A DNA stretch of 64,000 nt from Eubacteriales bacterium. GTDB taxonomy: Bacteria > Bacillota > Clostridia > Oscillospirales > CAG-272. The DNA is taken from the NCBI GenBank assembly GCA_045540115.1, contig JAZQGR010000075.1:74805-138804 (forward strand), written 5' to 3'. Under the pieces are notes generated by a model. The model worked only from the letters and a program-made list of their open reading frames with translations, made no database searches and was not told the origin of the DNA. Shown in pieces: positions 8,182 to 17,973 of this stretch (the first letter of the stretch is position 1; each line of letters starts with the position of its first letter). Position numbers and translations under genes: made by a program.

Positions 8182-8605
8182 TTGATATCCTTTCATAACG
8201 GATAGGAATCAGATCCGCAAGCTTGCTAAGATATATTACGGGGAAAGCGATCATAAAGCGTATAAAAGCCTCACGTGGGCAGATCTGACCGAGCAGATGA
8301 AAATAACTGTCGGAAAAATCCCATAAATGTAAATGCATTACGCGGTTTGTGATGATTCCGAATCCGAGCTCAATAACTGTTATCACGATCGTTGAAACAA
8401 GCGCTCGTCCGTATATCGGCTCGTCTGAGATCGCGCGGTTTATCCTGTGTATTATGGCGAAATAAATACCCATTATCAGCGATGCGGCGAACATTACTCT
8501 CTCGCTGTAAAGCAGCTCGATAAACGCCCCGAAAAGCACTCCGCAGGCTGAAATGAAAATATAACCGTGAATACCGTTGTTTTTTATCCGATTAAGCCCT
8601 TGCAT
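8174..8605 (-). CDS. Small polytopic membrane protein (possibly the PF06541 'putative ABC-transporter type IV' family)
   Basis: 143 aa with 4 hydrophobic segments and an LWDFS motif. RBS AAGGGGG. It overlaps the MBL gene start by 8 nt. Confidence 0.5.
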   Translation of the reverse strand: MQGLNRIKNNGIHGYIFISACGVLFGAFIELLYSERVMFAASLIMGIYFAIIHRINRAISDEPIYGRALVSTIVITVIELGFGIITNRVMHLHLWDFSDSYFHLLGQICPREAFIRFMIAFPVIYLSKLADLIPIRYERISNG

Positions 8606-8662
8606 ATCGTCTACCCCCTTTATTCAATAAAAGGGTTGACTGATTATGAAGGGCTTATTCTG

Positions 8663-11392
8663 TCAGAAAATATTATTTTGTTCAGCCCATTTTCTTTTGT
8701 CGCGGATCTTCTTTATTTCATCGTATGCAATAGCGCCCGCAAATGAAAGAAGTCCGATTATTGAAAGAGCGGAGCCGTAAACGTAGCACTTGGGACGGTA
8801 GGTGAAGGTCACCTTGTGAGTACCCTCTGAAATCTCGATCGCGATCTGGCTGTCATTGATCTTGATAAGGTCGGCGCGCTTGCCGTCGACCTCGATTATC
8901 CAGCCCTCATCAAAGGTTATTGAGGTATAAAGGAGCGACTGTCCTTCGCTTATCGTGACGGTGCCTTCGAGATAGTCCTCCTCAAATTTCGTAATATTGA
9001 GGTTAGACTTTGCGATCTCTTCAAAGGTAGTTTTGAACAGCTCGGTGTTGAGGGAGAAGAAGTAGTTCTGATTGTTTCTTACGTATATAGGATCCTCGGT
9101 AAGCGTGAGAGTAACGGTTATCATTTGATCCTCGTCGAAGATGCCGAGATACTGAACGCAGTCACTCTTGTTGCCCATATACGAGCCGATATGAGAGCCG
9201 TTTACCGCAAGGTTACATTCTCTCGGATAGTCCGTCGGGATATACATATATACAGGTTCTCCGGCCTTTACCTCGACCTTGAAATCGATCTTGGCGGTAC
9301 CTGTGCTTCTTGCGCTGTATTTTCTGTGATTTGTTGCGAAATCTGTTCTGATGTTTGTGAATATTGTGTCATCAAGATAAAGCGCATCGAAAACGCTTAT
9401 ATCCTCATCGCTTCCCATGATCGCCGCTGCCATTGCGTTCATAAGCTCCATAGGCGACTCATAATTCGAGATCTCGAAATATTTCATCATATCGGAGGAG
9501 CCGAATGCGAGCGAAAGAGCATAGGGGTTTTCGTAGAGATAGAGCTTTTCGGGAGTTCCGATAATATCGTTACGGTACTTTTTGTCGACGTCCATTGTAT
9601 GGATCTCGTTCCAGACCTTATTATCGATCTGCTCGTTTGAAATGACGTATTTGATGCCGATAAGCGCGTCGGAAACGGGAGTACCGCCGAGGTACTGCGA
9701 CCAATGTGACTTGGAGGCGTAGCCGTAACGATGAAGCAGGTCGATAATCGACTTGTTGAGAGTTGAGGTCGAGTTCGAGATGCCGTAGTAATTGAGCGTC
9801 ATCGAGTCGTTTGTACGACCGTTGTACTGACGGTGGAAGTTCTTTTCCATACGGTAGAAGGGCGACCTGTCGTGCTTCTTCACGTAATCGACCATCGGCT
9901 GAACCGCTTCGTAATAGTTGTTGTATGAGTCGCGGGAGGACATGATAACATCGTCGTCGAGCGCCACGGCATTCATAAGTCCCGCGCCGAAAAGCTCAGC
10001 ACAAACGAGAAGCAACACGACCGCCGTTCCCATCTCGGTATATTTCTTCCGATAAACGAAATATAGCGCAACGCAGAAAACGCCGATTGCGATAATTGAG
10101 AACCAGACTGTTGTGAAGTTGTCAACGTTCTTGTAATTGAGCTTTTGAATTATCGCGACGAGAAGAACGAGTATTCCTCCCGTTATCGCAACGTTCTTGA
10201 AATTCGAGTGCTGAAGATTCGAGTACGCCTTGTAGGCGCAGACGAGAATGAGGAAGATGAACATGAAGCTGTAACGGTAATTGAGCCAGTTGGGCTTCTG
10301 GAAGCCGTGCCAGACCATGTCGAGAGCGTTGATATTGAAAGAGAAAAGAATGATGGAAAGAAGAACGCCGTTCATCATTCTCTCGCGCCAATTAATGCGC
10401 GAGGTGATAAAGTAGATGGGAAGAAGCAGGAGCGCAATAACACCGCAGTATACAAAGGGAAGTCCCTCGGGACGAACGGTATCGTATGATCCCGGCAGAA
10501 GCTTGACAACAAAATCAAGCCAATCAAAGCGCTGTGTCCAGGAAAAATCAGGCTCCGAGAAGGTGTTTTTTCCGAATCCCAGCGAGGTGTAGGCGGGGAG
10601 AATGATTATTGCCGAAATTGCTATGGCAATAGCGGAATAGATGATTATTCTTGCAAAGGACTTGAAGAAATGATTATCTTCAAGCCAGAAGTTGTTTCCG
10701 TATCTGTAAGAGCTTGCAAGGTAATAGCAGAAGAAGTAAAGCGCAACGTAGATGCAGACCATGTATCCGATATAGAAGGACGTGAGCAGACACATGGATA
10801 GGGAGACGACGAAGAGCTTGAAATCACCGCGCTTGATGATCCTCTCGATACCGAGAGTGACGAGCGGCAGATAAATAAGACAGTCGAACCACATCGTGTT
10901 GTTCGCCATAACAACAGCGTAACCCGAGAGGGCATAGCAAGTCGAGAATATTAGGGTGTTCATAGGCGTCGTCTTATACGATTCGTTCAGATAATACGAC
11001 ATTGTAGCGCCCATCGATCCCGCCTTAAAGAGTATTATCAGCAAAAGCGCTTCTGTGATATTGCTGTGCGAAAAGAGCGAAACGATGAAGGAGAACGGGC
11101 TCGATACGTAATAAGCGAAAATACCCATGTATTCGCCGCCCATAGACCTTGTCCATGAGTAAAGGAAGGAGCCGCCCTCGTGGAGCTTGTTTTTGAGATC
11201 GGCAAAGAAATTTACGTACTGACCGTTAAGGTCAAGTACGAGCACCGAGTTATTTCCGAAGGGGAACACCTCAAGTGCAATATAGATCATCCACGTTATG
11301 ATAACGGGGATTATGAATGCGAGCATAAGGAAGCTGTGTTCCTTTCTCCATTCGTTAAACCTCGTAAGATACGGTTTCAGCTTAGCTTTCAT
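8663..11392 (-). CDS. YfhO-family membrane glycosyltransferase (GT-C type)
   Basis: About 909 aa and polytopic. The N-terminus FPFGNNSVLVLDLNGQYVNFFADLKNKLHEGGSFLYSWTRSMGGEYMG is characteristic of YfhO. The start is set at ATG 11392, after GAGGA. Confidence 0.8.
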   Translation of the reverse strand: MKAKLKPYLTRFNEWRKEHSFLMLAFIIPVIITWMIYIALEVFPFGNNSVLVLDLNGQYVNFFADLKNKLHEGGSFLYSWTRSMGGEYMGIFAYYVSSPFSFIVSLFSHSNITEALLLIILFKAGSMGATMSYYLNESYKTTPMNTLIFSTCYALSGYAVVMANNTMWFDCLIYLPLVTLGIERIIKRGDFKLFVVSLSMCLLTSFYIGYMVCIYVALYFFCYYLASSYRYGNNFWLEDNHFFKSFARIIIYSAIAIAISAIIILPAYTSLGFGKNTFSEPDFSWTQRFDWLDFVVKLLPGSYDTVRPEGLPFVYCGVIALLLLPIYFITSRINWRERMMNGVLLSIILFSFNINALDMVWHGFQKPNWLNYRYSFMFIFLILVCAYKAYSNLQHSNFKNVAITGGILVLLVAIIQKLNYKNVDNFTTVWFSIIAIGVFCVALYFVYRKKYTEMGTAVVLLLVCAELFGAGLMNAVALDDDVIMSSRDSYNNYYEAVQPMVDYVKKHDRSPFYRMEKNFHRQYNGRTNDSMTLNYYGISNSTSTLNKSIIDLLHRYGYASKSHWSQYLGGTPVSDALIGIKYVISNEQIDNKVWNEIHTMDVDKKYRNDIIGTPEKLYLYENPYALSLAFGSSDMMKYFEISNYESPMELMNAMAAAIMGSDEDISVFDALYLDDTIFTNIRTDFATNHRKYSARSTGTAKIDFKVEVKAGEPVYMYIPTDYPRECNLAVNGSHIGSYMGNKSDCVQYLGIFDEDQMITVTLTLTEDPIYVRNNQNYFFSLNTELFKTTFEEIAKSNLNITKFEEDYLEGTVTISEGQSLLYTSITFDEGWIIEVDGKRADLIKINDSQIAIEISEGTHKVTFTYRPKCYVYGSALSIIGLLSFAGAIAYDEIKKIRDKRKWAEQNNIF

Positions 11393-11421
11393 TATTTTCC
11401 TCACAAAAAATAGTTACTGTA

Positions 11422-11450
11422 ATTATACCACATTTTTCCCGCCGTGTAAA
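11422..11450 (-). promoter_or_regulatory. Promoter for the yfhO-like gene
   Basis: On the minus strand: TTTACA, 17-nt spacer, TATAAT with an extended TG. Confidence 0.55.
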
Positions 11451-11505
11451 CACATTAGTATAAAATATATATTATTATAAAATTATTAATTTTTATCCCG
11501 ATAAA

Positions 11506-11534
11506 TTGACTTCTTGCCCTATGTGTGGTATAAT
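11506..11534 (+). promoter_or_regulatory. Promoter for the ruvCAB operon
   Basis: TTGACT, 17-nt spacer, TATAAT with an extended TG (TGTGGTATAAT). Confidence 0.6.
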
Positions 11535-11585
11535 AACATGAATTATAATGCCTGAAGTGTTTGTATTCGAAAAGAGAGGCAAAAA

Positions 11586-12086
11586 ATGATTATTTTGGGT
11601 ATCGACCCCGGACTTGCGATAATCGGATACGGAGTTATCGACTGTACGAAGGGTGTCTTCACGACAATTGCATACGGTGCGATAACGACACCCGCACATA
11701 CGAAGGTCGAGGACCGCCTGAGCCTGATATATGACGGAATGATGGCGCTTATTGAAAAGTACCGTCCTGCCGAGATGGCAATAGAGGAGCTTTTCTTCAC
11801 GAACAATATTACGACAGGTATTTCGGTTGCCGAGGCAAGAGGTGTTGCGCTGCTTGCGGCAAAGAAAAAGGGCGTTACGATATACGAATACACGCCGCTT
11901 CAGGTCAAGCAGTCGGTCGTCGGATACGGCAAGGCGGAGAAGAAGCAGGTGCAGATGATGGTTCAGACTATTCTTAAGCTTGAAAAAATGCCGAAGCTCG
12001 ACGATACCGCCGACGCGCTTGCGATAGCAATTTGTCACGCACATACGGGCGCATCGCGAATCAAAGGTTATTATAACGTAAAATAA
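11586..12086 (+). CDS. ruvC: Crossover junction endodeoxyribonuclease RuvC
   Basis: MIILGIDPGLAIIGYGVID and the C-terminal DAADALAIAICH motif. Confidence 0.93.
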   Translation: MIILGIDPGLAIIGYGVIDCTKGVFTTIAYGAITTPAHTKVEDRLSLIYDGMMALIEKYRPAEMAIEELFFTNNITTGISVAEARGVALLAAKKKGVTIYEYTPLQVKQSVVGYGKAEKKQVQMMVQTILKLEKMPKLDDTADALAIAICHAHTGASRIKGYYNVK

Positions 12087-12096
12087 GGAGTAAGGT

Positions 12097-12699
12097 ATGT
12101 ACTACTACATAAGCGGCGAACTCATCCTCGCCGATCCCGTAAACGCCGTGATCGACGCGCAGGGCGTAGGATACAGAATAAATATCAGCGGAAACACACT
12201 CGGAAAGCTTGCGGGTAAAATAGGCGCGAATGTCCGTCTATACACGCATCTCAGCGTAAAGGAAGACGCGATGGAGCTTTTCGGCTTCTATACGCTCGAG
12301 GAGCTTGCGTCTTTCAGAATGCTGATATCGGTGTCGGGAGTCGGTGCAAAGTCGGCGATCTCGATCCTTTCGCTTATGTCTCCCGAGCGCTTTGCACAGG
12401 CAGTCGTAAACGGAGATGCCAAGGCAATAGCTAAGGCACAGGGAATCGGCTCAAAGACGGCGCAGAGAATCATTCTTGAGCTAAAGGATAAGGTCGGCAA
12501 GGAGCTTTCGCCGGATGCAGATTACGTTGGTGAAACGGTCGAAACCGGCTCATCGTCGAGTAATATTAGCGCCGCGACCGACGGACTTCTCGTTCTTGGA
12601 TATACAAGAAGCGAAGCGGCTTATGCGCTCAAGGGACTTGATCCGTCCCTTGACGTCGAGGTGCTGATAAGAAACGCACTTTCAAAGCTTATGAAGTAA
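12097..12699 (+). CDS. ruvA: Holliday junction branch migration protein RuvA
   Basis: MYYYISGEL...VGYRINIS and the HhH region ISVSGVGAKSAISILS. Confidence 0.93.
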   Translation: MYYYISGELILADPVNAVIDAQGVGYRINISGNTLGKLAGKIGANVRLYTHLSVKEDAMELFGFYTLEELASFRMLISVSGVGAKSAISILSLMSPERFAQAVVNGDAKAIAKAQGIGSKTAQRIILELKDKVGKELSPDADYVGETVETGSSSSNISAATDGLLVLGYTRSEAAYALKGLDPSLDVEVLIRNALSKLMK

Positions 12700-12711
12700 G
12701 GAGAAGGAATA

Positions 12712-13794
12712 ATGGCAGATTTTGATAGCGAATTTGAATACGACTTTGAGTCGCGTATAGTTTCCTCGTCCTTCTCGGAAAACTTAGACAGAGAAAACGA
12801 GCCGACACTCCGTCCGAAAACCCTGAAAGAATATATCGGTCAGGAAAAGGCGAAGGAGCAGCTTCAGATATATATTGATGCCGCAAAGAGCCGTGGCGAG
12901 GTGCTTGACCACGTTCTGCTTTACGGCCCTCCCGGGCTCGGTAAAACGACTCTTTCGGCAATAATCGCAAACGAAATGGGTGTTAATATAAGAGTAACGT
13001 CCGGTCCCGCGATCGAAAAGGGCGGCGACCTTGTCGCGATTCTTACGAATCTCGGAGAAAACGATATTCTTTTTATCGACGAGATCCACCGCCTGCCCAA
13101 GACGGTTGAAGAAATACTCTATCCCGCGATGGAGGACTACGTTGTCGACCTCATAATCGGTAAGGGCCCCGCGGCAAGAAGCATACCGCTTTCTCTTTCA
13201 AAGTTTACCCTTATTGGTGCAACTACGAGAGCAGGACAGATCGCAACGCCGCTCCGCGACCGATTCGGCGTTGTGCTCAAGCTTGAGCTTTACACCGTGG
13301 ACGAGCTTGCGACCATCGTAAAAAGAAGCGCGGGAATACTCGATATTCCGATCGACGAATACGGCGCAAAGGAAATAGCGTCGAGAAGCCGCGGTACGCC
13401 CCGTATCGCAAACCGACTCCTGAAGCGCGTTCGTGACTTCGCACAGGTAAAGGGAAGCGGTGTTATCGACCGCGAGATCGCCGATTACGCGCTCAACCGT
13501 CTTGAAATCGACAAGCTCGGTCTTGACGCGGTCGACAGAAGAATGCTTGAGGTTATAATCAAGTTTTACGGCGGCGGTCCCGTCGGTCTTGACACGCTTG
13601 CCGCGACAGTCGGCGAGGAGGCAATAACGATCGAGGACGTCTACGAGCCGTACCTGATGCAAATCGGCTTCTTAAGCCGTACACCGCGAGGCAGATGCGT
13701 AACCCGCCTCGCTTATGAGCACCTTGGTATTCCGTTCGGCAATAATACAATAAGCGGAAACCAGCTCGATATCTTTAATACACAAGAGGACTGA
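12712..13794 (+). CDS. ruvB: Holliday junction DNA helicase RuvB
   Basis: [19 protein letters not shown], Walker [10 protein letters not shown] and FIDEIHRL. Confidence 0.95.
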   Translation: MADFDSEFEYDFESRIVSSSFSENLDRENEPTLRPKTLKEYIGQEKAKEQLQIYIDAAKSRGEVLDHVLLYGPPGLGKTTLSAIIANEMGVNIRVTSGPAIEKGGDLVAILTNLGENDILFIDEIHRLPKTVEEILYPAMEDYVVDLIIGKGPAARSIPLSLSKFTLIGATTRAGQIATPLRDRFGVVLKLELYTVDELATIVKRSAGILDIPIDEYGAKEIASRSRGTPRIANRLLKRVRDFAQVKGSGVIDREIADYALNRLEIDKLGLDAVDRRMLEVIIKFYGGGPVGLDTLAATVGEEAITIEDVYEPYLMQIGFLSRTPRGRCVTRLAYEHLGIPFGNNTISGNQLDIFNTQED

Positions 13795-13797
13795 AAT

Positions 13798-14658
13798 ATG
13801 TGGTCAGCTGACAACTGGAAGGATTATTCTCTTCTTGACTGCTCCGACGGATGCCGTCTTGAAAAGTGGGGAGACTATACCCTGATACGCCCCGATCCGC
13901 AGGTGATCTGGAAGAATTGCCGCGCACACGCGTCGTGGAAAAATGCAGATGCAGTATATAACCGTTCAAAGAGCGGCGGCGGAAGCTGGAATGAAAACAA
14001 GCTTCCCGAGGAATGGAAGATTAATTATCGCGATCTTACGTTTTCAATAAAGCCTATGGGCTTCAAGCACACAGGACTTTTCCCAGAGCAGGCGGTAAAC
14101 TGGGACTGGTTCTCAGATCTCATCAAGAGCGCGAACCGTCCTATAAAGGTCCTTAATCTCTTCGCGTACACGGGCGGAGCGACCGTCGCGGCGGCAAAGG
14201 CAGGCGCATCGGTCTGCCACGTTGACGCTTCAAAGGGAATGGTGCAGAGAGCCAAGGAAAATGCGGCGCTCAGCGGTCTATCCGACGCGCCGATCAGATA
14301 TATAGTCGATGACTGCTTCAAATTCTGCGAAAGAGAAAAAAGAAGACGCAATACCTACGACGCAATAATAATGGATCCTCCCTCCTACGGACGCGGACCG
14401 AATGGCGAAAAATGGACGCTTGAGGATAATATCGACAGCTTCGTAGCTCTCGCTTCGACACTCCTTTCCGATAACCCGCTATTCTTCTTGCTCAATTCCT
14501 ACACAACGGGACTTTCGGCTTCGACGATGGGATATATTGTCGGCAAAAATATAATACCTAAGCACGGCGGAAAGGTCGTCTCCGACGAGATAGGTCTCCC
14601 CGTAAAGCAAACAGGCTGGTCGCTTCCTTGCGGAGCGTCCTCGAGATGGACTAAATAA
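13798..14658 (+). CDS. Class I SAM-dependent methyltransferase (RlmI/PF10672-like core)
   Basis: VLNLFAYTGGATVAAAKAGA (SAM motif I) and IIMDPPSYGRGP. Confidence 0.7.
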   Translation: MWSADNWKDYSLLDCSDGCRLEKWGDYTLIRPDPQVIWKNCRAHASWKNADAVYNRSKSGGGSWNENKLPEEWKINYRDLTFSIKPMGFKHTGLFPEQAVNWDWFSDLIKSANRPIKVLNLFAYTGGATVAAAKAGASVCHVDASKGMVQRAKENAALSGLSDAPIRYIVDDCFKFCEREKRRRNTYDAIIMDPPSYGRGPNGEKWTLEDNIDSFVALASTLLSDNPLFFLLNSYTTGLSASTMGYIVGKNIIPKHGGKVVSDEIGLPVKQTGWSLPCGASSRWTK

Positions 14659-14675
14659 TTATTAAAGGATTTAAA

Positions 14676-15539
14676 ATGTCAGTACCTTTTATTAAGGTTG
14701 AAGATCTGATCTTCACCTACGATGACGAAGACAATATAGACAAGCACTACGTGCTTAAAAACCTGTCCCTTGAAATAGAAAAGGGATCATTTGTCTGCGT
14801 CCTCGGACATAACGGCTCGGGCAAGAGTACTTTTGCCAAGCTTTTGAATATGATACTCACCCCCGACAGCGGAAAAATATATATAGACGGCTTAGATATA
14901 ACCGATCCGGATATGACCGAAAACGAGCTTTTCGAGATAAGAAGAAAGATCGGAATGGTCTTTCAGAACCCCGATAATCAGCTTGTGGCAACCATCGTCG
15001 AGGAGGACGTGGCATTTGGTCCCGAAAACCTCGGGATAGAGCCATTGGAAATAAGGCGCCGCGTCGATAAGGCTCTTGAAACCGTTGGTATGTCGGAGTA
15101 TGCAACTCACGCGCCTCACCGCCTTTCCGGAGGACAGAAGCAAAGAGTCGCTATTGCAGGAATCATCGCGATGGAGCCGGAGTGTATTATCTTCGACGAA
15201 TCGACTGCAATGCTTGATCCGCAGGGAAGAAAAGAGGTTATGAATACGATTTCGAAGCTCAATTCGGAGCAGGGAATTACCGTAATTCATATAACTCATA
15301 ATATGGACGAAGCAGTCAAGGCAGACCGTGTTGTCGTCATAAACGAGGGCGAGGTATTCCTTGACGGCACTCCGAAAGAGGTCTTTTCAAACGTAAGTAA
15401 GCTTCGACAGGCAGGTCTTGACGTTCCGCAGGTAACGGAGCTGTTTTACGATCTGTCGATGAACGGCGTCGTTCTTCCTTCCGATATTCTCTCAGAAGAG
15501 GAGGGAGCGGAAATTCTTTCCGCAATAATGAGGAAATGA
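14676..15539 (+). CDS. ecfA1: Energy-coupling factor transporter ATPase EcfA1
   Basis: GHNGSGKST, LSGGQKQRVAIAG and IIFDESTAMLDP. Position is in the ecfA-ecfA'-ecfT-truA cluster. Confidence 0.9.
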   Translation: MSVPFIKVEDLIFTYDDEDNIDKHYVLKNLSLEIEKGSFVCVLGHNGSGKSTFAKLLNMILTPDSGKIYIDGLDITDPDMTENELFEIRRKIGMVFQNPDNQLVATIVEEDVAFGPENLGIEPLEIRRRVDKALETVGMSEYATHAPHRLSGGQKQRVAIAGIIAMEPECIIFDESTAMLDPQGRKEVMNTISKLNSEQGITVIHITHNMDEAVKADRVVVINEGEVFLDGTPKEVFSNVSKLRQAGLDVPQVTELFYDLSMNGVVLPSDILSEEEGAEILSAIMRK

Positions 15540-16399
15540 CAAAGCTTAAGCTCGTAGATGTAAACTATACGTACAGCGAAGGCACCCCCTTCCGTAAGGA
15601 TGCACTGCGCAATATTAATATCGAAATTGAAAACAACTGTATAACAGGACTTATCGGTCATACGGGATGCGGTAAATCAACACTCGTTCAGCTTTTGAAC
15701 GGGCTTCTTTTCCCAACCTCGGGCGAGGTTATCTTCGACGGAAAAAATATCGGCGAAAAGGGATATGATCTCAGGACTCTGCGCCATAAGGTCGGGCTTG
15801 TGTTCCAATATCCGGAGTATCAGCTCTTTGAGGATACCGTATACGAGGATATCGCCTTCGGTCCCAAGAATATGGGGCTTGATAAGGACGAGGTCGACCG
15901 CCGTATAAGAGAAGCGGCGCTCTTTGTAGGACTTGAAGAAAGATATCTTGAGGTATCGCCCTTTGATCTTTCGGGCGGACAGAAAAGACGCGCGGCTATT
16001 GCGGGAATAATGGCTATGGATCCCGACGTGCTCATTCTTGATGAGCCTGCGGCAGGTCTTGATCCCGTCGGACGCGAGGAAATACTCGGCGGTATATATT
16101 CTTATCAAAGAAAGAGAAAAAATGCGGTCGTCATAGTCAGCCACAGTATGGAGGATATGGCACGATATTCCGATAAGCTGATTGTTATGAACGGCGGAGA
16201 GATATTCATGCATGGAAATTGCCGTGAGGTCTTCTCGCAGTCGGATAAGCTTATGTCTGTCGGACTTGACGTTCCTCAGATAACGAAGTTTATGCGCGCC
16301 CTGAAAAATAGGGGCGTAGACGTCAGAACCGATATATTCACGGTCGATGAGGCTAAAGCCGAGATCCTTTTAAAGATGGGAGGACGCGGCAATGCTTAA
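15536..16399 (+). CDS. ecfA2: Energy-coupling factor transporter ATPase EcfA2
   Basis: GHTGCGKST, LSGGQKRRAAIAG and LILDEPAAGLDP. It overlaps ecfA1 by 4 nt. Confidence 0.9.
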   Translation: MTKLKLVDVNYTYSEGTPFRKDALRNINIEIENNCITGLIGHTGCGKSTLVQLLNGLLFPTSGEVIFDGKNIGEKGYDLRTLRHKVGLVFQYPEYQLFEDTVYEDIAFGPKNMGLDKDEVDRRIREAALFVGLEERYLEVSPFDLSGGQKRRAAIAGIMAMDPDVLILDEPAAGLDPVGREEILGGIYSYQRKRKNAVVIVSHSMEDMARYSDKLIVMNGGEIFMHGNCREVFSQSDKLMSVGLDVPQITKFMRALKNRGVDVRTDIFTVDEAKAEILLKMGGRGNA

Positions 16400-17213
16400 A
16401 GATATTACACTCGGACAGTATTTCCCGGGAAAATCGGTTCTTCACAGAATAGATCCAAGAACTAAAATAATATCGGCGCTTCTGTATATTGTGGCAGTTT
16501 TCTTATGTCAGTCGATAACATCCTTTATAATCCTTCTTGCTATTACCCTTGTGATGATAGTAATTTCGGGAGTTCCCCTCAAGATAATTGTAAAGGGACT
16601 GAAGCCACTGATATTCATACTCGCCTTCACGACGATATACAACGTGTTTTTCTATACAGGAGACACGGTCCTTCTGCATTGGAAATTCATTAAGATATAT
16701 CTTGAGGGTGTGGTATTTGCTGTTGTTATGGGACTGAGGATAATTTGTCTTTTGACGGGAAGCTCGGTGCTACTTACCTATACGACCTCCCCGATCATGC
16801 TGACGGATGGAATCGAGCGTCTGCTTTCTCCGCTCAATAAGATAAAGGCACCGGTGCACGAGTTTGCTATGATGATGTCGATAGCGCTCCGCTTTATCCC
16901 GACACTCGTTGAGGAGACGGATAAGATCATGAGTGCACAAAAGGCAAGAGGCGCGGACTTTAGTTCAGGCGGACTTATCAAGCGCGCAAAAGCACTTATC
17001 CCCGTGCTTGTTCCCCTATTTATCTCGGCTTTCCGCCGTGCAAGCGACCTCGCAGTCGCAATGGAGTGCCGCTGTTACCGCGGTGGTAGCGGAAGAACGA
17101 GAATGACCAAGACTCATTTTGGCATTTCCGATGCAATCATTTTCATGGCAACCATTCTTCTCGGAACGGTAATAGTTCTTTCAAACATCTATTTCCCGAT
17201 ATGGGTGATATAA
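16392..17213 (+). CDS. ecfT: Energy-coupling factor transporter transmembrane component EcfT
   Basis: Polytopic protein with LHRIDPRTKI and the ARG-type coupling motif (AQKARGADF). Confidence 0.88.
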   Translation: MLKDITLGQYFPGKSVLHRIDPRTKIISALLYIVAVFLCQSITSFIILLAITLVMIVISGVPLKIIVKGLKPLIFILAFTTIYNVFFYTGDTVLLHWKFIKIYLEGVVFAVVMGLRIICLLTGSSVLLTYTTSPIMLTDGIERLLSPLNKIKAPVHEFAMMMSIALRFIPTLVEETDKIMSAQKARGADFSSGGLIKRAKALIPVLVPLFISAFRRASDLAVAMECRCYRGGSGRTRMTKTHFGISDAIIFMATILLGTVIVLSNIYFPIWVI

Positions 17214-17224
17214 GGTAGACGGCT

Positions 17225-17959
17225 GTGAAATATCTGATTACCATCTCATATAACGGCAGCGGCTACTGCGGTTATCAGAAGCAGAAAAACGGCGTTTCAG
17301 TCCAGGAAAAGCTGACCGAAGCGGCAACTGCGCTTTTTGGAGAGGGCACAAAGATCACAGGTTGCTCGCGAACAGACAGTGGAGTTCACGCCGTCGTTTT
17401 CAAGGCAACGCTTGAAAACGAAAGCGCGTCTATGAAGCCCGAGAAGCTTCCTGCAGCAATGAATGCGCATCTTCCGCCCGATATTTCGGTAAGAAATGCG
17501 TCTGAAGCCGGTGCTGACTTTCATCCGCGCTATTCGGTCAAGGAAAAGGAATACAGATATATTATCTGTAACGCATCTACGCGGGATCCGTTCAGCGAGG
17601 GAAGAGCGTACTTTTTCCCGAAAAAGCTTGATGCTGAAATAATGAACGAAGCCGCGCAGTATCTTGTCGGAAAGCATGATTTCAGGGCGTTTATGGCTTC
17701 AGGCTCAAAAATTGAAGACACCGTAAGAGAAATATATTCCTGTACTGTCACAAGGAACGGTGATAACATAACCGTCGCGGTGCGCGGAAACGGATTTCTC
17801 TACAATATGGTCAGGATTATTGTCGGAACGCTGATAGCGGTATCCGAGGGAAAAATTGATAAAAACGATATTACAAAAATAATTGAGAGTACAGACCGTA
17901 AGAATGCAGGTCCGACTGCTCCCGCACAGGGACTGTTTCTCTACGACGTAAAGTATTGA
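17225..17959 (+). CDS. truA: tRNA pseudouridine(38-40) synthase TruA
   Basis: GTG start. YNGSGYCGYQKQ, the catalytic RTDSGVHA, and FLYNMVR. Confidence 0.92.
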   Translation: MKYLITISYNGSGYCGYQKQKNGVSVQEKLTEAATALFGEGTKITGCSRTDSGVHAVVFKATLENESASMKPEKLPAAMNAHLPPDISVRNASEAGADFHPRYSVKEKEYRYIICNASTRDPFSEGRAYFFPKKLDAEIMNEAAQYLVGKHDFRAFMASGSKIEDTVREIYSCTVTRNGDNITVAVRGNGFLYNMVRIIVGTLIAVSEGKIDKNDITKIIESTDRKNAGPTAPAQGLFLYDVKY

Positions 17960-17973
17960 GAAAGGAGGCAAAA

